DNA from: Candidatus Eiseniibacteriota bacterium
Lineage (GTDB): Bacteria > Eisenbacteria > RBG-16-71-46
Reading direction: 5' to 3'
Assembly (NCBI GenBank): GCA_963725865.1
Contig: CAVSAC010000012.1
Location: forward strand, 320,001 to 384,000
DNA length: 64,000 nucleotides
Notes under the pieces: generated by a model
Told to the model about the DNA's origin: nothing
Databases searched by the model: none
The model's input: the letters and a program-made list of their open reading frames with translations, nothing else
In this document: positions 37,423 to 47,751 of the stretch, one piece after another
How positions within the stretch are numbered: the stretch's first letter is position 1
Layout: each line of letters opens with the position of its first letter
Program-made: the position numbers and the translations under genes

Positions 37423-38019
37423 CTACTTCCGCGAGTACTCGATCGTCATCATCTTCATTTCCTTCTTGGCGCCTGGCGGCGTGCCGTACATCTCGAAGGT
37501 GTGGTGATCGTCGTCGACGATCGTCGTCACCATGCGCGACTTCGATGCCTTGCCGGTCATCGGGTCCGACATGGTGCCGACCCACGTGATCACTTTGCCG
37601 CCGGCGTCGGCGGTGCCGATGCTCGTCATGATCCCGGTGCCCATGTTGTCGATCCAGGTCGAGACGTACTTGCCGAGCACGTTGTCGTAGCCGGTCAGGC
37701 CCATGCCGCTGAACGGCTGGCCCATCATGTTGCCGCTCGTGACTTCCTGGCAGTAGCGGCCGTCCATCAGCATCGTGAGCGTCGACGTCGAGTTCTCGAC
37801 CTGCGGGGGCTGCGAGGGATCCATCTGGGACGTGACCTTCGCGTTCCACTCGCCAGCCATCTTCTTGAGCATCTCGTGCTGCGGGCCGGGCGTGGCGGCC
37901 TTCATCATCTTCTCCATCATTGCCTGCTGGTCGGCCGCGCCGCCGTTCGGCGCATCGGCGGCGAACGCGTTGGCGGCGACGAACAGCGCGACGGCGACGA
38001 CCGCAATCCAGTTCTTCAT
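37423..38019 (-). CDS. Secreted DUF1579 family protein
   Basis: AGGAGG RBS; signal peptide; ATPGPQHEMLKKMAGEW, GYDN...YVSTWIDNMGTG, MTIEYSRK. Confidence 0.88.
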   Translation of the reverse strand: MKNWIAVVAVALFVAANAFAADAPNGGAADQQAMMEKMMKAATPGPQHEMLKKMAGEWNAKVTSQMDPSQPPQVENSTSTLTMLMDGRYCQEVTSGNMMGQPFSGMGLTGYDNVLGKYVSTWIDNMGTGIMTSIGTADAGGKVITWVGTMSDPMTGKASKSRMVTTIVDDDHHTFEMYGTPPGAKKEMKMMTIEYSRK

Positions 38020-38436
38020 CGGTACCTCCTTGTCGTAGTGAGCGGCCCGCCGGGAAAGCTAACAACCGCGCGCGGTCGGCGACAAGTGCGGGTGGGGCCC
38101 CAGTGTCGTTCGCCGTGTTCAGCGCCGAATGCCGTCGCATTCGGACACTGCAGCGCGGCACGCTGGAGGCTGGCGGCGACCAGCTCGCGCGGGACGGGCT
38201 CGACGGTCCGATCGTGGCGACACGCCCTGCGAACTCTCCACACTGTGCGGTGATGCTGCGCGATCGAAGACGGCGTTGATATGGGACAATGCGCTCGGGG
38301 TGGCGGAGCGGATTGCATCGTCCCAGGACCAGGACGAGCCGCCTGGGGACTCTCGCCTCTCGGCAGGAGCGCATGCTGTGCGCGAACGGGAGTCACGCAT
38401 CACGGACGTCGACGGGCGAGGAACGCGGAGGTTCCG

Positions 38437-39495
38437 TTGAAGGTTCTTGTGACGGGCGGCACGGGATTCGTCGGCGGGCATGTCGCCGAGCGCCTGTCGG
38501 CGGACGGGCATGGCGTCACGATCCTGAGCCGAACGGGGTCGCTGCCGGATGGAATGCCGGGAGGCGTGCGGGTACGTGTCGGGGATCTCGCGGACTCCGA
38601 GTCCCTGCGCGCGGCATGCGCATCCCAGGACGCCGTGGTTCACGCGGCGGGCCTGGTCGGAGCGGGCGGGACGTGGGCCGACTATCGGCGCGTGAACGTG
38701 ACCGGAACGCGCCTCCTGATTCGAGCCGCCGTCGCCTCCGGGGTTCCCCGCCTGATTCACGTGAGTTCCCTCGTCGTCCACGCAGCGCCCCGACGTGGAG
38801 AGGTGGTTCGTGAGGCCTCGCCGCTGCTTCGGCACGTCGCCGGCTGGAGCCACTACGCACGGAGCAAGCTCCTTGCCGAGCGCATCGTTCAGCGCGCGGC
38901 TGTCGCGGGACGGATCGCGACGGTCGTGATCCGGCCGGGTCTGGTGCTCGGACCCAGAGACCGTTGGACGACGCCATGGCTGCTCCGAAGGCTCTCTCAA
39001 CCGGTTCAGCTGATCGTGGGGGACGGAAGAAACGCCATTCCGTGCGTGACCATTGAGGATCTGGCAGATGCGATCGCGCGTGCAGTGGCCCAGCGCCCCA
39101 CAGGGTCGGATGTCTTCGATATCGCGGCCGACAGCGTGATGACTCAGCGTGATGTGCTCGCCACTCATGCGCGCGCCATCGGACGAGCGTTCGCACCGGT
39201 GCGACTTCCTGCCGCTGCGGCGCGCGCGGGCGCGGTGCTGCTCGACGTCCTCGATGAGGTCAGGCGCGTGCAGATGTCGCCGCCCCGTCGAATGGCAGTT
39301 GCGATCGCGGGTGTCCACGCGCACATTGACGGTTCACACGCTGCCACCGGTCTTGGGTGGCGCGCCAGGGGCTCGTGCGAAGACGCGATTCGCAGGGCCG
39401 TGGAGTGGGAGCTGGCTCACGTCGGGCGATCCCAGCCAGGCAGCGGCCTGGGCCAGCATGGGACCGGACGCAGCCAGCCGGAGGCAACGACGTGA
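38437..39495 (+). CDS. Extended SDR / NAD-dependent epimerase-dehydratase (3-beta-HSD/OleD-like)
   Basis: GGAGG RBS with TTG; KVLVTGGTGFVG, VVHAAG, NVTGT, HVSS, YARSK, IRPGLVLGPRD. Confidence 0.88.
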   Translation: MKVLVTGGTGFVGGHVAERLSADGHGVTILSRTGSLPDGMPGGVRVRVGDLADSESLRAACASQDAVVHAAGLVGAGGTWADYRRVNVTGTRLLIRAAVASGVPRLIHVSSLVVHAAPRRGEVVREASPLLRHVAGWSHYARSKLLAERIVQRAAVAGRIATVVIRPGLVLGPRDRWTTPWLLRRLSQPVQLIVGDGRNAIPCVTIEDLADAIARAVAQRPTGSDVFDIAADSVMTQRDVLATHARAIGRAFAPVRLPAAAARAGAVLLDVLDEVRRVQMSPPRRMAVAIAGVHAHIDGSHAATGLGWRARGSCEDAIRRAVEWELAHVGRSQPGSGLGQHGTGRSQPEATT

Positions 39496-40526
39496 AGATC
39501 CTCGGCATCGCCCACTCGCTTCCCAGCTCCGTCGTGACCAACGAGCACCTAGTGTCCCGAATCCTGCGCCACGAGCTCAACGCGATTCCTCAGGCTGATC
39601 GCGCACGGTTCGCCGAGGACTTGAGTGCCCGATTCGAGCGAGCGGGAGCGGTGACGCGGTTCCATCGCGCCCCGGGGGAGCTCGCGGTGTCGTTCGGCGT
39701 CGACGCGGGCCGGAAAGCGCTAGTGCGGGCTGGCCTCGTGGCAAAGGACATCGACCTGCTCATCTACGTCGGCGTGGGGCGCGGCTTCCTGGAGCCCGCG
39801 ACGGCGAACATCTTCCAGCACCGACTGGGCCTTACCCGCGCCACCTGCTTCGACGTCCTCGACGCGTGCGCGAGCTGGATGCGTGCGATCGACATCGCCC
39901 ATCACCTGCTCGCGCGCGGGGTCTATCGCCACGTCATGGTCCTGAACTGCGAGTTCAACTTCGAAGAGTTCATTCGCTGGGACTTCGGTCGCGTGGAGGA
40001 CCTCGATCACCTGTGGGGCGGGTTCACAGTCGGCGAGGCGGCGACGGCCACGATCCTCGGCGCCGACGATGTCGACTACCACGCGACGTTCGTGACCAGC
40101 GGCGAGCACCACGGGCTATGCCAGATCCCGCTCGGGAATGCCCAGAACTTCCAGGATGGGACGCCGTCGAGGTGTGCCGCTCCGCCGCTCCGGTTCTTCG
40201 TTTTCGCGGCCGAGCTCCACCAGCACGCCATCGCTCAGCTGGCCCGGCAGTTCTGGGACGATCCGTCGCTCGCGAGCGGGCAATGGGACCTGATCGTGGG
40301 CCATTCCACCAGCGTACCCGCGGCGCACAGCGTGATCCGGAAGCTCCGATTGGACCAGGAACGCGCCTTGGAGACGTTCTCGCGGCATGGAAACACGGTG
40401 TCGGCCTCGATACCGCTCGGGCTCTCGCTCGCGCTCGAGGGCGGACGGCTACAGCGCGGGCACCGCGTCCTGCTGGTCTCGGCGAGCGCGGGCCTCACCA
40501 CCGGCTTCTTGAGCTTCCGATACTGA
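39492..40526 (+). CDS. OleA-like thiolase / KAS III-family condensing enzyme
   Basis: GVGRGFLEPATA (OleA-type Glu), FDVLDAC (Cys), FTVGEAATA, GHSTS (His), HGNTVSASIP (Asn). Confidence 0.85.
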   Translation: MKILGIAHSLPSSVVTNEHLVSRILRHELNAIPQADRARFAEDLSARFERAGAVTRFHRAPGELAVSFGVDAGRKALVRAGLVAKDIDLLIYVGVGRGFLEPATANIFQHRLGLTRATCFDVLDACASWMRAIDIAHHLLARGVYRHVMVLNCEFNFEEFIRWDFGRVEDLDHLWGGFTVGEAATATILGADDVDYHATFVTSGEHHGLCQIPLGNAQNFQDGTPSRCAAPPLRFFVFAAELHQHAIAQLARQFWDDPSLASGQWDLIVGHSTSVPAAHSVIRKLRLDQERALETFSRHGNTVSASIPLGLSLALEGGRLQRGHRVLLVSASAGLTTGFLSFRY

Positions 40527-40547
40527 ACATGAGCGGACCGCGCTGAC

Positions 40548-41702
40548 ATGATTCCCGGCTCGCTGTGGATCGTCCTGATGGTGGCGACGCCGGCGCTCGT
40601 GAGCCTGTCCTATCCCGTCCATCTCGCTCTCGTACGGTCGCGCAAGGCCAGGCGGGGGCCCGGGCGGATATCGCCACGGATCGGCGTTGTGGTTCCGGTG
40701 CACGGCGACGAGGAGGGGCTCGGCGCCAATGTGGCCGCCCTCATCGCGCAGCGGAACCCGGGCGGCATCCAGCTCGTCTTCGTCGCCCAGGACGCCGATG
40801 ACGCGGGTCTCACGGTGGCCCGCGCGCTCGCCCCGGGACACGACCATGTTCGCATCGTGGTCAGCGGACCGGCGGGAACCGACCTCGGTAAGGGACACAA
40901 TCTCGCCGCCGGACTCGACCACATCGACGCCGATGTCGTCGTGCTCGCCGACAGCGACGCGCGGCCGCCGGATCCCGGGTTCATCGCCCGTCTCGTCAAA
41001 CGTCTCGACGACCCGGCCGTGGGACTCGTCACGTGCGTGCCCTCCTATCGCGGCGCCCGAGACCTCGGAGCGGGCCTGGTTGCGGCCATGATCGACACCG
41101 ATGTCGCCGGGCTATTCGGCGTGTTGCAGGCATGGAACCGCATGGCCGTGGCGAACGGCACCTGCCTCGCCGTCCGCGCGGACCTGCTGACGCAGGTCGG
41201 CGGCGTGACGTGGCTCCGGCGCCGGCTGCTCATGGACTCGGCACTCGCCCGGCGCGTCGTCGAGCAGGGCCATCGAGTGGCCCTCCACGACGAGCCGGTG
41301 CCGGTCCATCGGGAGCACGCGCGATGGTCGGAGTGCTGGTCTCAGGCGCTCCGCTGGCACGTCGCGATGCGATTTGGCCTGCCACTCGCCCGATACATGG
41401 GATTGGGCTGGTTGCGCGCCGGAGTGCCCACCGCCGCGCTGGCATGTGCACTCGCGCCGCACGCCGCGGCAGCGGCCATGCTCGTCGCGGCGGCCGTGGC
41501 CCGCATCCTCGCGGCCGCGCTCGTTTCTCGCACGTTCCTGCACGACCGAGCGTCCCTCTGGGTCCTCGTGTTGACGCCTGTCGCGGATGTCTGCACGACA
41601 CTCGCCTGGTTCGCCGCCTACTTCTGTCCGGAGGTCAGCTGGCGAGGTGTGCGTTACCGCGTCGGACCCGGAGCGGCCGTCTCACTGCGGAGCGTTCCGT
41701 GA
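40548..41702 (+). CDS. GT2/GT21 glycosyltransferase (ceramide glucosyltransferase/HpnI-like)
   Basis: N-terminal TM; VVVPVHG, GKGHNL, DSD, MD, QALRW (QxxRW); C-terminal TMs and VSWRG.RY. Confidence 0.85.
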   Translation: MIPGSLWIVLMVATPALVSLSYPVHLALVRSRKARRGPGRISPRIGVVVPVHGDEEGLGANVAALIAQRNPGGIQLVFVAQDADDAGLTVARALAPGHDHVRIVVSGPAGTDLGKGHNLAAGLDHIDADVVVLADSDARPPDPGFIARLVKRLDDPAVGLVTCVPSYRGARDLGAGLVAAMIDTDVAGLFGVLQAWNRMAVANGTCLAVRADLLTQVGGVTWLRRRLLMDSALARRVVEQGHRVALHDEPVPVHREHARWSECWSQALRWHVAMRFGLPLARYMGLGWLRAGVPTAALACALAPHAAAAAMLVAAAVARILAAALVSRTFLHDRASLWVLVLTPVADVCTTLAWFAAYFCPEVSWRGVRYRVGPGAAVSLRSVP

Positions 41703-43441
41703 GCGTGGACGCACGACCCGGTCGACGGGCCCAGTACGCACCACTCCTGGCGGCGCTGTTCGCGATGGCCGTTCTCATTGGATATGTGCGCACAGGTCTC
41801 CTGCTCGACGATTCATTCCTGTTGGCGCGGGCCGCGCACGGCTTCGGCTTCGAGGTCCTCGACTTTGCTTTGCGCACCACCGACTACCGGATCCACCTGT
41901 GGGTCCACCAGGACCCTGTCGTGTTCCAGTTCTTCCGTCCGCTCTGCTCGCTCAGCCTGTGGATCGAGCACCAAATCTGGGGCACGAACGCCTGGGGTTA
42001 CCACCTCACGAACGTGATCCTGCACCTGGCCAATGCGTGGATGCTGTGGCGGCTGGCGATTCGGTGCGGGCTCCGTCGCGGCATCGCACTCCTGGGCGCG
42101 TTCGCGTGGGCCGTGAGTCTTCAGGCGATCCCGGCAGTCGGCTGGATCTCCGGACGGACCGAGGTCTTGTGGTGCTCGTGCGCGCTCATCGCGACGCACG
42201 CGCTGCTGAGATGGTATGACGGCGGTGGCTCCAGATGGTTCGGAGCGTCCCTCGTCGCCTCGGGCCTCGCCGCATGCGCGAAGGAGAGCGGGCTGGTCAC
42301 GCCGCTTCTGGGGCTTTTGGTGGTGTGGTGCTCGGGGCTGGGGCGACCGGAATCGCCCACACGAGCGCTCACCCCGCGCCGGGTCGCCTGGATCATCCTG
42401 CCGGCGTTGGTCGTGGTCGGAGTCCGCCTCGTTTCGATCGGGATCTCCTTGCCGCCCGAGCCCTACGTGGACGTGCCGCGCACTGCTCTCGACGCCCTGT
42501 GGACCACGGTGAAACCGGCGCTGTACCTGAGCGCAGCCTATCTATCGCTGCCGCTCTCGCACTGGGGGCCACTCGAGTGGATGCACACGCATCCCTGGTC
42601 GCTCGCGGTGATCCTGCCGGTGGGGATCCTGGCGACGGTCGTGCTCGCGCACGCAGCCGGTCGATCGTCCCTTCTGCTGTGGCTCGGCTGGTTCGCGATC
42701 GCCCTGCTGCCGGTGATGCCGGTGCGGCCGACCAGCCTGTACCTCTATGTCCCGATGATGGGCCTCACGATGCTGGTCGCCTCGGCCTTTCAGCGGAGTC
42801 GGCGGGTGGCGTTCGCGGCCTGGCTCGTCCTTGCCGCGACGGTCGGAGTCGGCGCCCACGTGTTCACGCAGCAATACATCGCAGGGGAGTGGCGCACTTC
42901 CATGGCGCAGCTCGAAGCGGTCGATCGCTGGCTCCGGGCTCGTTGCGCTACGCGGCTGGTCACGATCGACACTCCCGTCTGGCTCTACGCGCTGCCCGCC
43001 GCGATCGAAATGAAGTCGCCCACCCTGCGCTTCGACACCTGGTTCGTGAACTTCAAGCCCAGTCTCAATGCTGTAGAGGGGTCGTCCGTGCGATGGCGCA
43101 GCGACCTCGTGCTCGAGATCACGGCTCCGCCGGGAGGATTCCTCCACTCGGTTTTCGAGCGCTTCCTGGCGTTCGGGGGCGCGCCACCCGAGCGACCCAA
43201 TCCGGCCACCCATCCCGTGGAGGTTGCGATCGAGGGCCCGCGCACCCATCCCCAGCGGCTCGTCGTGACGTTCAAGGACGCATCGATTCGCGACTCGGCG
43301 CTGATCGTCCACTTCACCCGCGACGGGATCCGGCTGATCGAACCGGTCGCGTCACCCGCCTCCGGGCACCACGTTCCCGAGCCTGCCGGCGGACCGCAGG
43401 CAGGACCGTCCGCGGGCGGCAAGCAAGGAGCTGGCGCATGA
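41699..43441 (+). CDS. GT-C fold (ArnT/PMT/TMTC-like) membrane glycosyltransferase
   Basis: LDD after the first TM; FFRPL, GYHLTNVILHLAN, WISGRTE, KESG; many TMs. Confidence 0.8.
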   Translation: MSVDARPGRRAQYAPLLAALFAMAVLIGYVRTGLLLDDSFLLARAAHGFGFEVLDFALRTTDYRIHLWVHQDPVVFQFFRPLCSLSLWIEHQIWGTNAWGYHLTNVILHLANAWMLWRLAIRCGLRRGIALLGAFAWAVSLQAIPAVGWISGRTEVLWCSCALIATHALLRWYDGGGSRWFGASLVASGLAACAKESGLVTPLLGLLVVWCSGLGRPESPTRALTPRRVAWIILPALVVVGVRLVSIGISLPPEPYVDVPRTALDALWTTVKPALYLSAAYLSLPLSHWGPLEWMHTHPWSLAVILPVGILATVVLAHAAGRSSLLLWLGWFAIALLPVMPVRPTSLYLYVPMMGLTMLVASAFQRSRRVAFAAWLVLAATVGVGAHVFTQQYIAGEWRTSMAQLEAVDRWLRARCATRLVTIDTPVWLYALPAAIEMKSPTLRFDTWFVNFKPSLNAVEGSSVRWRSDLVLEITAPPGGFLHSVFERFLAFGGAPPERPNPATHPVEVAIEGPRTHPQRLVVTFKDASIRDSALIVHFTRDGIRLIEPVASPASGHHVPEPAGGPQAGPSAGGKQGAGA

Positions 43442-44562
43442 TCTACCTGCGGCGACGCTTCTCGCGCGTGGCGCCGATCGCGATGGCCATCGCCCTCGTC
43501 ACGGTCCTACTCGTGTGCGTGATCACGCCCACGAACACGTTCGACGCGACCGCTCGAGCCAACATCGCCGGGCTTCGCGCGTTCACGGTCATCGCCCCGG
43601 CCCGACAGGCGGAGCTCGGCCGCTCGTGGAGGGAGCGCCTGGAGCGCGACCCTTCGGTCGAGGCGCAGGTGCCCGTACGGGCGCTGTGGGTTCGCTACCC
43701 GATGGTCATCGGCGAGGCCTATTGCCCGCTCCTCCTCGCGGACGGGACGCGAGTCCGCGAGATCGCGGAGCGCGCGGGCCTGCGGCTCGTGGCCGGGCGC
43801 TACCCCGACGACGACCATCCGGGCGTCGTGCTGCACGAGGGCGTGGCGCGCGCGCGCAAGCTCGCGGTGGGGAGCCGCTTCGGCACCTGGGTGGATCCCG
43901 ACGACACGACGCCGGGCGTCTACGTCGTGCGGGGACTCCTGGGCGGCGATGCCCGGCTCGCGGTGGGAACTACCGGCACCGGCCCCTTCGAGGACTTCCT
44001 CTCGGCGCGCGCGCCCGGCTACACGCTGCTCTACCCGCGAGCGGGCGCCAAAGCCCGCATGGACGCGATGCTCCGCGAGGCGCGCGTGGATGGCGAGCCG
44101 GCATTCCAGGTCATCGACGAGGCGTACATGAACGAGCGCGCGCGGAAGGCACTCGCGAACGTGCCCATCCTCGTGAACTTCACCGCGCTGTCCACGTCGA
44201 TCGTCGTGGCGCTGATCGTCGCCCTGCTGGCACTGGTCGCCTTCCAGGCCAGGCAGGAGGAGTTCGCGCTGCGGCTCGCCATCGGACAGCGCCGGAGCCA
44301 GCTGCTGCTCGAGCTGGCGTTGGAATCCGGCGTGCTGGCCGTGGCGTCGTGGATGGTCGGACTCGCGGTGGGTTGGCTCGCGTTGTACGCGTACGACGTG
44401 TTCGTGTTCGAACCACGCGGGTTCCTCGTAAGGCTGTTCGACGCGCGCCCGCTGGTCGCCAGCGCGTTGCTGCCACTCGTGTCGGTGCTGGCCAGCGTCA
44501 CGGCGCTCGGTCTTCGGCTCTATCGCATGGATCCGGTCGCGATCCTCCAGAGGCACGAATGA
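43438..44562 (+). CDS. ABC transporter permease (FtsX/LolC-like)
   Basis: TM-periplasmic-3TM layout; RQEEFALRLAIG; ends MDPVAIL. Confidence 0.85.
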   Translation: MIYLRRRFSRVAPIAMAIALVTVLLVCVITPTNTFDATARANIAGLRAFTVIAPARQAELGRSWRERLERDPSVEAQVPVRALWVRYPMVIGEAYCPLLLADGTRVREIAERAGLRLVAGRYPDDDHPGVVLHEGVARARKLAVGSRFGTWVDPDDTTPGVYVVRGLLGGDARLAVGTTGTGPFEDFLSARAPGYTLLYPRAGAKARMDAMLREARVDGEPAFQVIDEAYMNERARKALANVPILVNFTALSTSIVVALIVALLALVAFQARQEEFALRLAIGQRRSQLLLELALESGVLAVASWMVGLAVGWLALYAYDVFVFEPRGFLVRLFDARPLVASALLPLVSVLASVTALGLRLYRMDPVAILQRHE

Positions 44563-45230
44563 GCACGCCGCTTCTCGAGGCTCAGAACGTGTGGTTGGAG
44601 TACCGCGATGGGACCCGGGCCGCGAGGGTCCTGCGCGGAGTCTCGCTGGATCTCGCGGCCGGGCACTCGCTCGGTATCATGGGACCATCGGGCTCCGGGA
44701 AGTCATCGCTGCTGCTGGTGCTGGCGGGGCTCCGGGCGCCCACGCGCGGTAGCGTGCGGCTCGAGGGAGTCGAGTGGCCCTCGAACCCTGGAGCGAGCGC
44801 CGATCGGCGACGTCGCCAGGTGGGCTTCGTCTTCCAGGAGTCCTTCTTGGTACCGCACCTCACCTTGCGCGAGAACGCCCGGCTCCAGGCCGCGAGCCGG
44901 ACCGCGGTCGAGAGTATCACCGCACTCGCCGAGTCCCTGGGCATCCGAGCGCTGCTGGACGAGCTGCCCGGACGGCTGTCCGCGGGCGAGCGGCAGCGCG
45001 GCGGCATCCTGCGCGCGCTCGTGAACGATCCACTCCTGATACTCGCCGACGAGCCCACTTCGAGCCTCGATCACGATACAGGCCTCGAGGTGGTGGATCT
45101 GCTCTGGCGATGCACCGGAGGCGCGGCGCTCGTCGTCTGCTCGCACGATCCGAGCATGCTCGAGCGGGCGAATTGCGTACTTCAGCTGCGCGATGGAGCG
45201 CTGTTGGGCGACGCGCCCGCGGAGTCCTGA
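44559..45230 (+). CDS. ABC transporter ATP-binding protein (LolD-like)
   Basis: [37 protein letters not shown]. Confidence 0.92.
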   Translation: MSTPLLEAQNVWLEYRDGTRAARVLRGVSLDLAAGHSLGIMGPSGSGKSSLLLVLAGLRAPTRGSVRLEGVEWPSNPGASADRRRRQVGFVFQESFLVPHLTLRENARLQAASRTAVESITALAESLGIRALLDELPGRLSAGERQRGGILRALVNDPLLILADEPTSSLDHDTGLEVVDLLWRCTGGAALVVCSHDPSMLERANCVLQLRDGALLGDAPAES

Positions 45231-45667
45231 GGCGCTCGTCCGATCCACACGAGCATCGCGATCCACAGGATGACCAGAGGGACCCGGAGGATGGGAGGCG
45301 TGGGCAGCGGGCCGCGCACCATGAGGCCGTGCGTCGCGCCGAGCCAGTTCAAGGGCAGCTTGATCAACAGCAGCGTGACCAGGGAGCCAGCCCCTGCCGC
45401 TCGCCAGCGCCGCGTCAGCAGTGCGAGCCCCGCAAGAATCTGGATCGCACCAGCGATACAGACCAGAAGCCGGGGGTGGGGCACTCCCCGCGGAATGAAC
45501 CGGGCAAGGTCATCACCCATCGAGGTGAAGTGCGCCAGCCCGGTCAGGACGTACATCAGACCGATCGGCAGCACCACCGCGGCGCGCCAGGATCTCCACG
45601 GCCCGCCCATAGCTCCGATCGCACGCAGGAGCAGCGTGCCCAGCGCGACGCCGAGCAGGGGAATCAC
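45182..45667 (-). CDS. DoxX-family membrane protein
   Basis: LTGLAHF..FIPRGVP.P..LV..AGAIQILAGLALL; GTG start coupled to the upstream stop. Confidence 0.7.
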   Translation of the reverse strand: MIPLLGVALGTLLLRAIGAMGGPWRSWRAAVVLPIGLMYVLTGLAHFTSMGDDLARFIPRGVPHPRLLVCIAGAIQILAGLALLTRRWRAAGAGSLVTLLLIKLPLNWLGATHGLMVRGPLPTPPILRVPLVILWIAMLVWIGRAPQDSAGASPNSAPSRS

Positions 45668-46461
45668 GACGTACTCCGTTCGCGTTCGGCCCGGTCACCG
45701 CGCGCCGCGCGCGCGCTCGCGAGCTCGCGCTCGATCGCGGCCATCATGAGATCCGTGACTTCACGTGCCGCTGCCCGGCTCGGTGCGCGGCCGCGATACG
45801 CCGACAGGTCCAACTCCGGCCCGACGGACACGCCGACGCGTCGAAAGCAACGCAACCCGAAACGCTCGAAGCGAACCACGTCGTTCATGCCATCGATCGC
45901 CACCGGAACCACACGCGCGTCCGTGAGCAGGGCGATCCAGCCCGCGGCGGGCGAGGCTTCGCCGATCACGCCCGATCGGGATCGGCGGCCTTCCGGGAAG
46001 TAGATCGCCGTGCCTCCGGGAAGCACGCGGAGGATGCGGCGGAGCGCCGTTGGATCACGGTGATCCCGCCGGACCGGAAGACAGCGGAGATGGTCCGCGA
46101 ACCAGGTCGTGACGGGCGTTCGGAAATACACTTCTGCGGCCGCAAGGCTCCAGGGCAGGAACCGCGGCTCGAGCCAGCAACGGGGATGGCAGGCGGCGAG
46201 CGCGACGAGAAGCGTGTCCACGGTCGATTGGTGATTCGACACGAGGAGCACGTTGCCCGACGGGGGCGGCACCCGCCCGGCGCGGTGCACCTTGGTGCGG
46301 TTGAGCACGAAGAAGCACACCCACGCAATACCCGAAAGCAGCACGATGAGCGCATGGGACGTCACGGACCACGCCAGGCTCCGGGAAAGTGGGCGGTGTG
46401 AGCCGTCCGGAGGCTGGGTCGCCGAGCGTCGGGTGCGATGGGAAAAGGGCGGGAGCGTCAC
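45664..46461 (-). CDS. Lysophospholipid acyltransferase (PlsC-like)
   Basis: SNHQSTVD (HX4D), LPVRR, YFPEGRRS, VVPVAIDG. Confidence 0.88.
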   Translation of the reverse strand: MTLPPFSHRTRRSATQPPDGSHRPLSRSLAWSVTSHALIVLLSGIAWVCFFVLNRTKVHRAGRVPPPSGNVLLVSNHQSTVDTLLVALAACHPRCWLEPRFLPWSLAAAEVYFRTPVTTWFADHLRCLPVRRDHRDPTALRRILRVLPGGTAIYFPEGRRSRSGVIGEASPAAGWIALLTDARVVPVAIDGMNDVVRFERFGLRCFRRVGVSVGPELDLSAYRGRAPSRAAAREVTDLMMAAIERELASARAARGDRAERERSTS

Positions 46462-46933
46462 GGGCGGGGAGGCGCGGAGGGAGTGTCTTCCGATGTTCGG
46501 GTGATCGACGTGGCGGCAGAAGCCAGCACGGCAAGCATAGACCTTAGGTCCCGCGAATGTCGGAGACGATCACGAAGCGAGGAAGCCTGCAACGGGCATG
46601 TCGAAATCGGGCGGAGCAACCCGCGCCCTTCGGCGGGCTTGGGTCCCCCTTGGGCGTGAAGCTCGGGCACGGTCGCCCGGGTGGGGCGACCTCCCGCGCC
46701 GATCGCCCGTTTGTGACGAACGCCTCGGCACCGCGTTCCTGAAGAAGACGAAGGGCCGCGAGCCGGACGCTGCGAGCCCACGGGACCCCGGGACCCGCCC
46801 CACCCGGAGCAGCACTATCTTCCCAAGGCGATGCGGCGTGGGATCTCTCCGAGCGCAGTTCGTGGCCGGGCTCTCGCTGCTCCACGCGGTGCCTGTTCTC
46901 GCTCAGTCATCGCCGGCGACCTCGCGCGAACAC

Positions 46934-47618
46934 CACGGCACTCGGCCACACGCTGACGCCGCCGGTGCCCGGGCTCACGCCGCTCACGGCCGACGATCCG
47001 CTGTGCGAGCACGCGCAGGGCGTCACGTGCGAGGCCGCCCTCACGCTGCGCACCGCCGAGGCGCGCCCGCTGGTGGTGAGCGGCTCGCTGCTGGTCACCC
47101 ACTTTGGCTACTCCGGGCCGGCCGCGCTCGACCTGTCGCGCCACTGGCTGCGCGCCGAGGAGCCGCGCATCGTGACCGCGAGCTTCATGCCGGGCAAGAC
47201 GCGCGAGTCGCTGCAGGCGTTCTGGAAGCGGATGGCGCGCGAGATGCCGCGCATGGGCGCGAAGCGCTTCCTGGCGCATCGCATCCCCGAGCGACTCGCC
47301 GAGCTGCTGTGCGAGGAGGTGGAGGTGGAGCCCGCCTATCCGGTGGCGCAGGTGGATCGCCTGCACCGCGACGCGCTGGTCGCGCGCGTGATCGCGCGGC
47401 CCATGCGCGTGACCGGCACGCTCGGCTACGAGAAGGCCGAGGTCACCGCGGGCGGCGTGCCCCTCGCCGAGGTCGACCCGTCGACGCTCGAGTCTCGGGT
47501 GGCGCGCGGACTCCATCTGTGCGGCGAGGTACTGGACGTGGAGGGGAGGCTGGGCGGGTTCAACTTCCAGCTCGCCTGGTCGTCGGGGACCGTCGCGGGT
47601 AGGGCAGTTGCTCATTAG
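46934..47618 (+). pseudogene. 5'-truncated second copy of the HI0933 gene with a recoded 3' tail
   Basis: 637 bp near-identical to 35724-36360 (roughly a dozen substitutions by eye), then a diverged tail encoding [15 protein letters not shown]; no start or FAD-binding N-terminus. Confidence 0.9.
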
Positions 47619-47751
47619 GGACCCGCTTCGTCCCGATACCCCCGAATAGCACCAACACCTCCGTCGCAGCTTTGCGGCGGTTCGCGAGCGCCGATTCCCG
47701 CCGGATACAGATCCGGACCACTGAGCCATCCGGACCGCGAGAACGACAGTT

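Noticed and set aside
38437..40526. Complete oleABCD olefin cluster
   Set aside because: No AMP-dependent ligase (OleC) or alpha/beta-hydrolase (OleB) nearby.
46575..46610. Sigma-54 promoter upstream of the PlsC-like gene
   Set aside because: TTGC is present on the minus strand but the invariant GG at -24 is missing.
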